The translations under genes were made by a program, and so were the position numbers. Of a stretch of DNA of 64,000 nt, positions 51,883 through 64,000 are shown piece by piece (position 1 is the first letter of the stretch; each line of letters opens with the position of its first letter). The notes beneath the pieces were generated by a model. That model saw nothing but the letters and a program-made list of their open reading frames with translations. It was not told the DNA's origin and did not search any database. This DNA comes from Eledone cirrhosa (taxonomy: Eukaryota), in assembly GCA_964016885.1 (NCBI GenBank), contig OZ024743.1, positions 193,502,001 through 193,566,000 on the forward strand, read 5' to 3'.

Positions 51883-54043
51883 TGTGTCAGAGATAGTTGT
51901 GATGTCATTGGAGAGAAGTGTATCCGGAATGATAAAGGTGAGCTTGCCCTCACAAGTGCTGAGAAGAAAGATGCATGGAAGAGTCATTATCATAGATTAC
52001 TAAATGAGGAGAATGCATGGGAAGAAGAGACCCTACCCCATGTAGACCCTATAGAGGGACCAGCAGTACAAGTCAGCGGCAGCGTAGTAAGTAAGGCAAT
52101 CAGAGATATGAAGATGGGGAAGGCAACCGGTCCATCGGGTATAGCTGCCGAGATGCTGAAGGCATCTGGGTCTGTAGGTCACACTATAACCACACGTATC
52201 GTTAACCAGGTAATACTAGAAGGGGCCATACCAAAAGATTGGTGCAGTAGCATCATTGTCAACTGCTACAAAGGTAAAGGCGATGCACTAGATAGAGGAA
52301 ACTATAGAGGTATAAAGTTGATGGACCAGGTCATGAAAGTAACAGAAAGAGTTATAGCACAGCTGATTAGGGACCGGGTGAATATAGACGAGATGCAATT
52401 TGGGTTTGTACCAGGGAGAGGCACCACTGATGCCCTCTTCCTTGTGAGGCAATTACAGGAAAAGTACCTAGCTAAAAGTAAGCCACTCTACTTGGCATTT
52501 GTTGACCTTGAGAAAGCCTTTGACAGAGTTCCACGTGCTGTAATCTGGTGGGCTCTTAGAAAACTAGGAGTAGATGAATGGCTTGTGAAAGCGGTACAAG
52601 CCATGTATAGGGGAGCAGTCAGCAAAGTTAGGATTAGCAATGAGTATAGCGAGGAATTTAGCGTACAGGTTGGGGTCCACCAGGGCTCTGTTCTTAGCCC
52701 TCTCCTGTTCATCATAGTCCTGCAGGCAATAACGGAGGAGTTTAAGACCGGATGCCCATGGGAACTCCTGTATGCTGATGACCTCGCACTCATAGCTGAA
52801 TCTATGGTAGAACTAGAGAATAAATTCCAAACCTGGAAGCAGGGACTAGAGAGAAAGGGCCTCAAAGTCAACATGACAAAGACTAAGGTCCTTGTAAGTA
52901 GACGAGAAAACAGAACCCAGATCCCCTCAGGGAAATGGCCTTGCTCAGTATGTAGGAAAGGTGTAGGTAGGAACTCCATTCTCTGCCCCAAATGCAAACA
53001 ATGGGTACACAAGAGATGTAGCGGGATCTCAGGAAGCTTAATTAAGAATGTAGGATTCACATGCAGCAGCTGTGCTGAAACAGCAAGCAAACAGCCACAG
53101 GAAACAAGTACCACCAATCTCTGGGAGGGCCCTGTAGAAACAGTAGACAGCTTCTGCTACCTAGGTGACCGAATTAGCAACGGAGGTGGGTGCTCAGAAA
53201 GTACAATAACTAGGGTAAGAACGGGATGGAAGAAGTTTAGGGAACTACTACCACTGCTAGCTGCAAAAGGCTTCTCCCTCAGAATGAAAGGCAGACTGTA
53301 TGATGCGTGTATCCGAACAGCGATGTTGCATGGTAGTGAGACCTGGGCGCTGAAGGTGGAAGACTTACGTAGATTAGAGAGAAACGAAGCCTGCATGCTC
53401 CGATGGATGTGTAATAGTAATATACGTGAACGACAAAGCATAAAGGAATTGAGAGAGAGACTGAGCATAAGAGGAATCAAATGCTGCGTGCAGGAGAGGC
53501 GGTTACGCTGGTATGGACATGTGATGCGTATGAAGGATGACAGCTGCATAAAAAGGTGCAGAGCACTAGAAGTTGATGGAAACCGCGGAGTGGGGAGACC
53601 CAAGATGACTTGGGATGAGGTGATAAAAGCCGACCTTACCCAACTACACCTCTCAAAGACAATGACACACGACCGTGACTTCTGGCGTCACGCCTGTAAT
53701 ACAGGGTACCCGACCTCCCATGGGTACATGCTGAAGCATATAAACAATATGCCCCCACTCCCCCCACCGCAAGGTGGTCGTGGAGGCGCCACGGCAAATA
53801 AGCACCCAGCCCACACTGTAAAGTGGACGTGTAGGCGCCACGAAAAAGCACCCAGCACTCACTGTAAATGAGGTTGGTGTTAGGAAGGGCATCCAGCTGT
53901 AGAAATCAAGCCAGATCAGTTCCTGTATGAGCGAGGCATGGTCAGCCGACCAGACACTGCCCACAACAGGACAACCCGTCTAACCCATGCTAGCGTGGAA
54001 GAACGGACGTAAAACGGTGATGATGATGATGATGATGATGATG
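51883..54043 (+). mobile_element. RTE-clade LINE family 1, 5'-truncated copy 2 (frame open from 51883; ORF 52108-53871)
   Basis: Near-identical protein to copy 1, YADD, (GAT)n tail ending at 54043, no APE domain. Confidence 0.94.
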
Positions 54044-54998
54044 ACACTATACATGCTAGCAGAAAACCACCCGATGGGTGGTTTTTCTGCTAGTTATGGA
54101 AAGAAATTTAAGGAACTACTGTTTTTCTTGGCAACAGATTTTTCTCTATTTATTAAAATAATAGACTGTATACTGCACATACCAGAAATAATATGCATTA
54201 AGAGCAATGTAGACAGATCTTCAGCTGCTGCAGAGAATTGAGTTCAACATGATTAGAGACCAGGTTAGTATAAATAATTGAAGAAAAGAATTGGGTATTT
54301 ATTAAGGTTTAGAGCTATTGCACGTAAAAGAGATGGCAGCTGTTATATGGGTATTGAAATGTGATGCATACTGTGTGACAAAGGTGAGTGAAATAGTAGT
54401 AGAGTTTAAAAACACGAGAAGCAGGTAAAGAAAACTTGAGGTGAGGTAATTATACAAAAGTTTAGAAGGGCTGCTCTTAAAGATACCAGTATAGAAACAT
54501 AGATTTCGAACAGATGGTGATTGTGATGAGCAGAGCAGACAAAACATCTAGTACAGCAGATTGTATAGGCTTAAATTTCATAGTCATATTTGCATTGGGA
54601 ACACACTCACACAAACACATACACAGCCATTACCATCACAATCACCATCATCATCATCCTTTTTACATCCAAGGTACTGGGATTAATATAATTGACTAAA
54701 ATCCTTGAAAGTCATAGACTAATGGTTAAAACAGTATAATAATTGTTTCTACTTTTGGCACAAGGCCAGCAATTACCCAGTGCATTACTGGTACTTTATT
54801 TTATCGATCCCATAAGGATGAAAGGCAAAGTTAACCTCGGCGGGATTTGAACTCAGACTGTAAAGGGACGTAACTATGCTAGAAAGCATGGCGTCCAGCC
54901 CTCTACCGATACTGCCAATTCACCGCCCTATAATAATGGTTTCTGATTTAGGCACAAGGCCAAAGTACAATAAGCATTAATTTCAAAGTAATTTCTCT

Positions 54999-55330
54999 TG
55001 GCAGTGGAAACTTCTGGTGTCCTTGGCCCTACTCAGTATCATCAGCACAGAGATGGCTACATGCAGTTGTGAGCATCGCGAGCTGGAATGACTCTTCCAG
55101 TGCGTCTCCCTCACCATCCTCCAGAGAAATGCCTTCTCTATTCTGTCTGCCAGTACGTGGGCCCTCATTTGCTCATAATAGTGAGAGATGGGGAGAGTAG
55201 GAAAGACGGAGGCAGCGATGATAGGAGTTTGGTCCTTTTGTGTTTGGAGCTGGTGTATATGTATATGTTTCACAGCCACACACTCATCTGTATATTCTGA
55301 ATCTGAATAGGATTGGAACTTTTAGAGAGA
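54999..55330 (+). mobile_element. short CRE-like 3' fragment with 27-bp TSD (another fragment at about 37065-37195, minus)
   Basis: Similar to 30685-30965 (gtggaaacttctggtgtccttggccc...); flanked by aagcattaatttcaaagtaatttctct at 54972-54998 and 55331-55357. Confidence 0.75.
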
Positions 55331-57309
55331 AAGCATTAATTTCAAAGTAATTTCTCTATTTGAATTTGATGACACTGTGTTGCATTACATACGTTGTACA
55401 TTTTTCTCATGTAAACATCCACAGCAGTTTTTAATATCAGAATCCTTGCTCTAAACTTACTTCCTGAGTTAGTTCTCTTTTCATTAAGATTATAGTTACC
55501 AAGATAAGAAGCTCTTATATCTTAAAAGCAATGCATTAAAGGAATTCTGCATACTAAAAAAAACACACACACACAAAAAAACAAACCCCACCCCCTCCTC
55601 TATACTCAATCTTTAATTTGATTTGATGGAAAAGAGGAGTTGCAGGAGAAGAAGAAAATTGCTGCTCCACAAAATAAATTGTTTATGATTATAAAGTAAT
55701 TTTTAATTAAATTTACTTTTAGATTATATCTGAAATTAAAGTGATAACTTCAAAAGTTTTGTGTTAAATAGTATTATCAAGATGAAACAAAATGATTATA
55801 TATGGCAAAGGGATATCAGTTTGTTCTGCTCTCCTATGCCAACATCAATATAATAATATAATATAACCAATATGAATTCTACAAGTATTTTCTTTTTATG
55901 GTTTACATTTAATTGCAATTAATATATATACACACATATATACATACACACACACATATATATACTCACACACACACACACACACACACACATATAACCC
56001 CCCCCCCCCCACACATATATAAAGCTAATGAAAACCTTTAAGTTTAATTTATAAAAACAAAATATGAGAACATTTGCATCATTTGTCAAATATATTTTTT
56101 ATTAAAAAAAAAATCCGTTTTTATGTTTGGATGGAATGGAACTTTATTACAAAATGCATATTCAATATTTTTTGAGATTAACCAGGAAATTTTTATAAGC
56201 AAGATCACTTTAGAGTTATACATGCAGTATAACGTTGGAAATGATTATTCATACAGGCCACAGTCGATGAACATGGGAAAATTGTTTCTAATAATTTTAT
56301 ATATAAATAAAAAAAAATATTTAAAAAATTGTTTATTTGCAAAAGTGAAAAAAAAGTGAAAAGAATGAAAAAAAGATTTATGGAAAAAAAATGTTAAAGA
56401 ATGCAATGAAGCAAATAAATGAATAAAACAGAAATAACGCTTAATAATTTTAATAGTAGAATAATTTTTTTTAAATATTCATTGAGAATATAGTTGAAAG
56501 ATCAATTTAGATCCTAATTACAGATATTCATCAATAACGGTATTTTATCTCATTGTTGGTAATAAATTAGATGGGGGTGTAATTTAGATAGCATTTCAAT
56601 TCAACATGTATGTATGCACACACACACACATGCTTGTATATACACGTATGTACATACACCCACATGAATGCAAATGCACACACACACACAAATATGTAAA
56701 CATATGCACACATACATAGGAAATCTCACACATTAATACATATGCGTACACAGACACACATATGTGTACACAGACACACACATATGTATACATATGCATA
56801 CATACATATAAAATCTTACACATATGAATACATATAAACATAAGCATACACAAACATATAATCACACATACACATGCATATGCATACATTGCAAATTTTA
56901 TAGTTACTAATTTGGTAGAAACTCCGAGAAAGGGCTATTTATAAAGAAGGTCAGCCAAGTCAATGATTTTTATGACCTTTTAACTAAGTGTGGACAGTGG
57001 AATGGTATAAACAATAATTTTATGCTTTGCATAGCAACTAGTTTTGGCTGACGTGTAATTATCATGACTGAATAGAGTCAAATCTAATGCAAGCAGTAGA
57101 TGTGGTTTCATTTTGACACTATAATCTCCCCCATTGTAGATAGCTAAATATATATTTATAATTTACTAACTCATTGTTGCAAAGAAAATTCAGATAAATG
57201 TTACAAAGCAATTTGTTTGGGGAACAATGCCAAGGGTAGTCAGTGAGAAATAGGAACTATTTTAGGGGTGGAATGAGGACTACAAAACAGAGAAGATGGT
57301 GGAGATTAT

Positions 57310-57562
57310 AGGACTAATAATTGTTTCTACTTTTGGCACAAGGCCAGCAATTACTCAGTAGATTACTGGTACTTTATTTTATCGACCCCGTAAGGATGAA
57401 AGGCAAAGTTAACCTCGGCAGGATTTGAACTCAGAATGGCAAGGGCCGTTCTGAGTTCAAATCCTGCCGAGGTTAACTTTGCCTTTCATCCTTACGGGGT
57501 CGATAAAATAAAGTACCAGTAATCTACTGAGTAATTGCTGGCCTTGTGCCAGGACTAATAAT
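57310..57562. mobile_element. fold-back (palindromic) Nin-SINE insertion with 12-bp TSD
   Basis: Arms spanning 57334-57551 are reverse complements; direct repeat aggactaataat on both sides. Confidence 0.9.
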
Positions 57563-57684
57563 GGCTGTGCAATGTGGTAATAAGATGGTGCTGGACTAAT
57601 AAATGGAAACAGTTCTGTGGGTATTGACTGAAAATATTGGAAGGGAAGGGAAGGGAATGGAATGATGGGTAACAACACAGTTAA

Positions 57685-57840
57685 TGTCTGACAACTAGGG
57701 GAGATATGTTATAAATATTGTCTGACAACTAGGGGTGCTGTGTTGTAGGTATTGTCTGGCAACTAGGGGCTGTGTTATAGATATTGTCTGGCAACTAGGG
57801 GCTGTGTTATAGATATTGTCTGGCAACTAGGGGCTGTGTC
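57685..57840 (+). repeat. about 31-bp minisatellite (attgtctggcaactaggggctgtgttataga)
   Basis: About 5 units. Confidence 0.85.
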
Positions 57841-60042
57841 AGACCACTTTTGCAACAATAGGCATTGCACCACATTTGGGACCTATAGATACCACATTTG
57901 CAACGATAGGCACTACATCACTTTTAGAACTATAGGAGCTACACTTTTCAATCTCTTCTCACAAAAAGACCTTTCTCTCTTAAACTTAAATTTTAACATC
58001 CTGTAATGATTCAGAAGAAAATATCCTTAATAAATAGGTTTGTTAATTCAAATGTTTATAGTGTGTTTATTGCACCACAACAATCTGTGATGCAGTCATA
58101 TAACAGTTTTATACTTTTTCAAGAATGTCTTGCTAATGTGGTTTGAGGTGGTACAGGACATAAGAGTTAATAGTTAAATCTTTTTACATAGAATCTACGA
58201 AAAGATTCAACAACAGAAATCTTTAGCTCTTTTATAGCTTCCCTTCTTTCTTCTTTTCTTTTCCCTTTTCGTTTTCTTATGCATGATCTGCCTTCCATTG
58301 GCCTTCAATATTTGACATTTTTATTTTTTATTTATTACTTGTTTCACTAGCTTTTTTTGATTACCAACTGTAAGGAGTAGTCGATACTTCCACAAGTCTG
58401 TCATGGCTTACTAGCTCTATACGGACGTTTAATTGGATTAAATAAATAAATGAATAAATAAAATAACTGTTCATTAGAGGCAGGTCACATATTGCAAAAT
58501 CACAATATCACCTACATGTTTACATCTGAATATATATACATATATATATATTATATATATGTATATACATACATATATATATATGTATATACATACATAT
58601 ATATATGTATATACATACATATTATATATATGTATATACATATATATTATATATATATGTATATACATATATATATATTATATATATGTATATACATACA
58701 TATATATATATGTATATACATACATATATATATGTATATACATACATATATATATTATATATATATGTATATACATATAAAGGTTGTGAGTTCAATTCTC
58801 AGACCGGGTGATGTGTTGTTTCCTTGAGCAAGACACTTTATTTCACATTGTTCCAGTTTACTCAGCTGTAGAAATGAGATAAGGACTGGGGTCCCTATCA
58901 TTCCACTGTAAAGTGGTCGTGGAGGTGCCACGGCAAAAAAGCACCCAGCACTCACTGTAAATGAGGTTGGTGTTAGGAAGGGCATCCAGCTGTAGAAATC
59001 AAGCCAGAATAAGTTCCCGTCCCACCCTTGCAAGCAGGGAAAAAGCGGACGTAAAATGAAATGATGATGATGAAATGATGATATATATATATTATGTATA
59101 TATGTATACACATATATATATATATATATATATTATATATACATGTATATACACATATATATATATATATATATACATATCTCACACATCGTCCTGCCAT
59201 CTCCACTCCTTCACATGACCATCTTGACCACTTCCTGTTGCGCGTGACCCCATAACATTCTGCTTCCGCTTTACCATTCCCACGGATCCTACCGCAGAGT
59301 TTACACGCTCAGATATCTATGCGATTCCAACTCGGAACTGTGTCATCACTTATACATACACACCGAAAACCATTCAGAAACATAGACACACACAAACACT
59401 TACACCATTTTTGCACACACACACACAACCATACATTCCACACGAATCCACACCACAAAAACACACATGCACATTCTCACACCCATTCTGCCTCCGGATC
59501 CCGCACGCTCTCCCCCACCCCATCCGACCCCTTTACATGCACACACACACACACACACACAACGACTTATACTACACCCCAACATACACATATGGTGTTC
59601 CAAAACTCACAAGCATGCAACACCGCTCTCCCCCAGACTCTCACACCTCCCGCTTTCCCGCTCAGATCCCCTTTTTCCTCCGCCCCCCTCCCTTTCCCTC
59701 TCCCACTCCTCCTCCATCCAGCCCTCAAGCACCACCACCCCACCCCTACATGCCTCACATCTCTTTACAACTTGCATTTTAATTTTCATTTTCCACTTCA
59801 TGTTTTATCCTTTTATCCTTTTTTCCACTAACTCCCACTCGCTCCTTCTTGGAGTTCCTCCCCACCCACTCTCCTGATGAAGGACTTATGCCCCAAACGT
59901 TGCACCCACATCCCCCATTCTCACTAAACGTGAACCTAATAGCATTTGTAACTTGTACTCCTACGTTGTTGTTGTTTTTATATTCCTAAATATATATATA
60001 TATATATATACACATACACATATATATATACACATATATATA

Positions 60043-60757
60043 TCATCATCATCGTTTAACGTCCACTTCCACGCTTGCATGGGTTTGGACGGGAGTTTTC
60101 CCACTTAAGGCAAGAGTGGTTGTCTTGCTCGCATAGGACTGTCTGGCGGGTTTTCTACGGCTGGATGCCCTTCCTAACACCAACCACATTTACAGTGTGG
60201 AACTGGGAGGTTTTTACCGTTTAACCTACACGACCACATTACAGCGTGGATTGTGTGTTTTTTTGTCGTGACACCTACACGACCTCATTTGTTTCAGACT
60301 GGATGTTGTGGTACCAACATAACTTTACATTGAAAGGGGTGGTGTGGATGGGGTGGGGGTAGTTGGACGGGGGGGGTGTATTTGTTAGAGGTGCCTACTG
60401 ACTGTAGTAGGTTTCACTTTGTACTTAGTAAGGCGGGTCTTCTGTGTCACTGTGTAGCGCCAAAGATCTCGGTCCAGTGACATTGTCTTGGAGAGGTGTA
60501 AGTGTGTGAGGTCGGAATTTATCAAGTCGTCCCAGGTTTTTCTGGGTTTGCCTACTCCGTGGCTACCGTCTATTTTTATTGCCCTGCACTTTTTTTATAC
60601 AGCTGTCGTCTTTCATGCGCATCACGTGACCATACCAATGTAGCCTTCTCTAGAGTAAACAACATCTGATCCCTCTTATTTCTAATTTTTCCCTTAGTTC
60701 GTTTATGCTTTGCCGTTCACGTATATTACTATTACACATCCAGCGGAGCATGCAAGC
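60043..60757 (-). mobile_element. RTE family 3 3' fragment with tail
   Basis: Encodes degenerate [12 protein letters not shown]...[15 protein letters not shown]; 3' UTR ending ...CATGCAAGCGTGG...GACGTTAAACGATGATG. Confidence 0.82.
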
Positions 60758-60813
60758 ATATATATATACATACATATATATATACACACACACATATATA
60801 TACACATATATAT

Positions 60814-60849
<36 letters not shown>

Positions 60850-61171
60850 CTATCTAAGGCGGGTAAAATTCCCGAGATCCATGGACGAGTTCTCTCCAGC
60901 GGTCTCTGTCCCTCATTATCGCTGCCATGTCCTGCGTCTCCAACAGACCAGTGTCTGTCCATAGGGCATCAACATACGTTAACCTTGGTCTTCCTCTTCT
61001 AGTGTGTCCATATATATATACACACATATATATATATATGTACACATATATATACACACATATATATATATATATATACACACACATATATATATATATA
61101 TATACACATATATATACACACATATATATATATACATATATATATACACACACACATATATATATACATAT

Positions 61172-62827
61172 ATCATCATCATCACCATCATTTTACGTCC
61201 GCTTTTCCCTGCTTGCAAGGGTGGGATGGGTCTTATTCAGCAGACCATCTCTCCACTTGTCACGGTCTTTCGTCATTTCCACCGTGAGCTTCAATGATCT
61301 GAGCTCTGTTCTCACCACCTCCGCCCATCTTTTTCGTGGTCTAACTCTACCACGTCTTCCTTCAACTGGCATTTCCTGGCACTTCTTCCCCCATCGGTCA
61401 TCCTCCATGCGCATCACATGTCCATACCACCGCAGTCTCCTCTCCCGTACACTACATTCTATCCCTCTTAGAGAGTTTCTCTCTCAACACATTCATGCTA
61501 GGTCGTTCACACACATCCAACGGAGCATGCTTGCCTCATTTCTCTCCAGCCGTCGCATATCCTCTGCAGTTGCTGCCCATGTCTCACTACCATGCAGCAT
61601 TGCGCTCCTGACACAGGCATCATATAACCAGCCTTTCATACGCAGGGGGAAACCTTTCTTCTTCAGCAGAGGAAGCAACTCCCTAAACTTCTTCCAACCC
61701 GTCCTTATTCTAGATACTATGGCCTCGGAACAGCCCCCTCCCATGCTAATCTGATCTCGTAGGTACCGGAAGCTATCCACCACTTCTATAGCACCCGCCT
61801 GCATTTGAAAAATGTGTCTATCAATGCGACTTCTACTGTCCAATTTCCCTGTACATCTACTGCATACATATTTCTCCCTACCTGTTAGTTTGCCTGCTAT
61901 CTCGCTACATCTCTTGTGTACCCAGGATCTGCATTGTTTGCATTTTATAGAATTTATGCCAGTTCTTTTTCTGCATAGCGAACATGGCCATTTCCCTGAT
62001 GGAATCAGAGTGTTGTCCTCTTTTCTACTCATCAACACTTTTGTCTTAGCTAGGTTCACTCTCAGTCCTCTTGCTTCCAACTGCTGTTTCCATAGCCAGA
62101 ATTTATTCTCTAGCTCCTCTACTGATTCTGCTATAAGAACCAGATCATCAGCATAGAGAAGTTCCCATGGGCAGCCTGTCTTAAACTCCTCTCTTATGGC
62201 TTGGAGGACTATAATGAACAAGAGCGGGCTGAGGACCGAACCTTGATGTACTCCTACTTGTATTTGGAATTCCTCACTAAACTCCATTCCTACCCTGACT
62301 TTACTGAGAGTACCTCTATACAAAGTTTGCACTGTCCTCACAAGCCATTCCTCAACACCTAGCTTCCTTAGGGACCACCAGATGACAGATCGGGGTACCC
62401 TATCAAAGGCCTTCTCTAGGTCAACAAAGGCTAAGTATAGTGGTTTATTTTTCTCTAAGAACCTCTCTTGCAATTGTCTCACCAAGAAGAGGGCATCTGT
62501 TGTACTCTTCCCAGGCACAAAACCAAACTGCATCTCATCTAGTTTGTCCCTTTCTCTAATTAGTTGTGCTAATATCCTTTCTGCCACTTTCATAACCTGA
62601 TCCATCAGTTTTATACCTCTATAATTGCTCCTCTCCAGAGCATCCCCTTTACCTTTGTAGCAATTTATGAGAATACTGCTGCACCAGTCTTTGGGTATGA
62701 CATCACCATATATAGCCTGATTGATGATGCGTGCAACCAGTTTAGTGCCTACATCCCCTGATGCCTTCAGCATCTCAGCAACTATTCCTGATGGTCCAGC
62801 AGCCTTACCATTTTTCATTTCCTTAAT
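61172..62827 (-). mobile_element. RTE-clade LINE family 2, 5'-truncated (RT ORF 61493-62818, frameshifted C-terminus)
   Basis: GKAAGPSG, YADD, PHD-like Cys cluster, [13 protein letters not shown]-terminus in another frame, (GAT)n tail. Confidence 0.92.
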
Positions 62828-63348
62828 GGGGGTGGGGGTGGGGGTAGGGGTAGTGGGACGGGGGTGTATATTTGGTTAAGAGGTGCCTACTGACTGTAGG
62901 TTTCGCTTTGTACTTAGGCAAGGTGGGTCTTCTGTATTACTGCGTAGCGCCAAAGATCTCAGTCCAGTGACATTGTCTTGGAGAGGTGTAAGTGTGTGAG
63001 GTCGGAAATTATCAAGTCATCCCAGATTTTTCTGGGTCTGCCTACTCCGTAGCTACCGTCTATTTTGATCGCACTGCACTTTTTTTATACAGCTGTCTTT
63101 CATGCGCATCACGTGACCATACCAACATAGTCTTCTCTCGAGTAAACAGCATCTGATCCCTCTTATTGCTAATTTCTCACTTAGTTCATTTATGCTTTGG
63201 TGTTCGCGTATATTACTATTACACATCCAACGGAGCATGCAAGCTTCGTTCCTCTCCAGTCTGCGTAGATCCTCTGCACACATGTCTTACTGCCATGTAA
63301 CATCGCTGTTTGCATGCAGGCATCATACAGCCTGCCTTTCATTTTTCG
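62828..63348 (-). mobile_element. RTE family 3 fragment lacking its terminal tail, fused to family 2 5' end
   Basis: ORF 63053-63283 ([13 protein letters not shown]...[10 protein letters not shown]); high similarity to 60350-60757. Confidence 0.82.
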
Positions 63349-63558
63349 ATATATATATATATATATATACATCTATATATATATATATATATACATATTT
63401 ATATACATATATATATATACATATATATATACATATACATATATATATACATATATATATGCATATACATATATATATATATACATATATATATAGATAT
63501 ACATATTTATACATATACACATATACACATATATATACATATATACATATATATATAT

Positions 63559-63593
<35 letters not shown>

Positions 63594-63626
63594 CATATAT
63601 ATATACATATATACATATACATATAA

Positions 63627-63657
<31 letters not shown>

Positions 63658-64000
63658 CATACATATACATATATATACATACATATACATACATATATAT
63701 ATATACATATACATGGAGGCATATGGCTTAGTGGTTAGAGCATTAGGCTTGCAATCAAAAGGTTGTGAGTTCAATTCTCAGACCGAGTGATGTGTTGTTT
63801 CCTTGAGCCAGACACTTTATTTCACATTGCTCCAGTTTACTCAGCTGTAGAAATGAGATGATAGGGACTGGGGTCCCTATCATTCCACTGTAAAGTGGTC
63901 GTGGAGGTGCCACGGCAAAAAAGCACCCAGCACTCACTGTAAATGAGGTTGGTGTTAGGAAGGGCATCTAGCTGTAGAAATCAAGCCAGAATCAGTTCCT

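Noticed and set aside
52108-53871. Autonomous or domesticated RT gene
   Set aside because: 5'-truncated, lacks the APE endonuclease and promoter, and has a typical LINE tail; an intact frame is explained by young age
59319-59877. His/Thr/Pro-rich ORFs
   Set aside because: Low-complexity CA/C-rich sequence without splice or domain support
49251-64000. Further upstream cadherin exons
   Set aside because: No cadherin motifs found by eye or in the ORF track; a very short exon cannot be excluded

Overview
AT-rich, repeat-dense animal genomic DNA, most likely a coleoid cephalopod (octopus-like SINE/RTE content; inference). The only host gene is an internal part of a minus-strand giant cadherin, most similar to Fat/FAT4. 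Ten GT-AG exons between 49250 and 1390 were assembled by hand with matching phases (3664 nt, about 1220 aa, roughly 11-12 cadherin repeats). One exon (22786-22966) is missing from the ORF track, and both gene ends lie outside the window. The introns hold several 5'-truncated RTE-clade LINEs (RT with an embedded PHD-type finger), CR1 and CRE-like LINE fragments, tRNA-derived SINEs with interchangeable tails, Nin-type SINE arrays, piggyBac/hAT/mariner MITEs, a Helentron-associated-like element, and long (TA/CA)n, (GAA)n and minisatellite tracts. Most notable: (1) two near-identical RTE copies in inverted orientation bracket a 546-nt, frame-preserving two-exon cassette, a candidate dsRNA/editing/skipping/circRNA unit; (2) a fold-back SINE palindrome within one target-site duplication, plus other fold-back hairpins; (3) degenerate Penelope-type hammerhead motifs; (4) a CRE-like fragment with a 27-bp TSD. 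All coordinates and alignments were read by eye, with no database searches.
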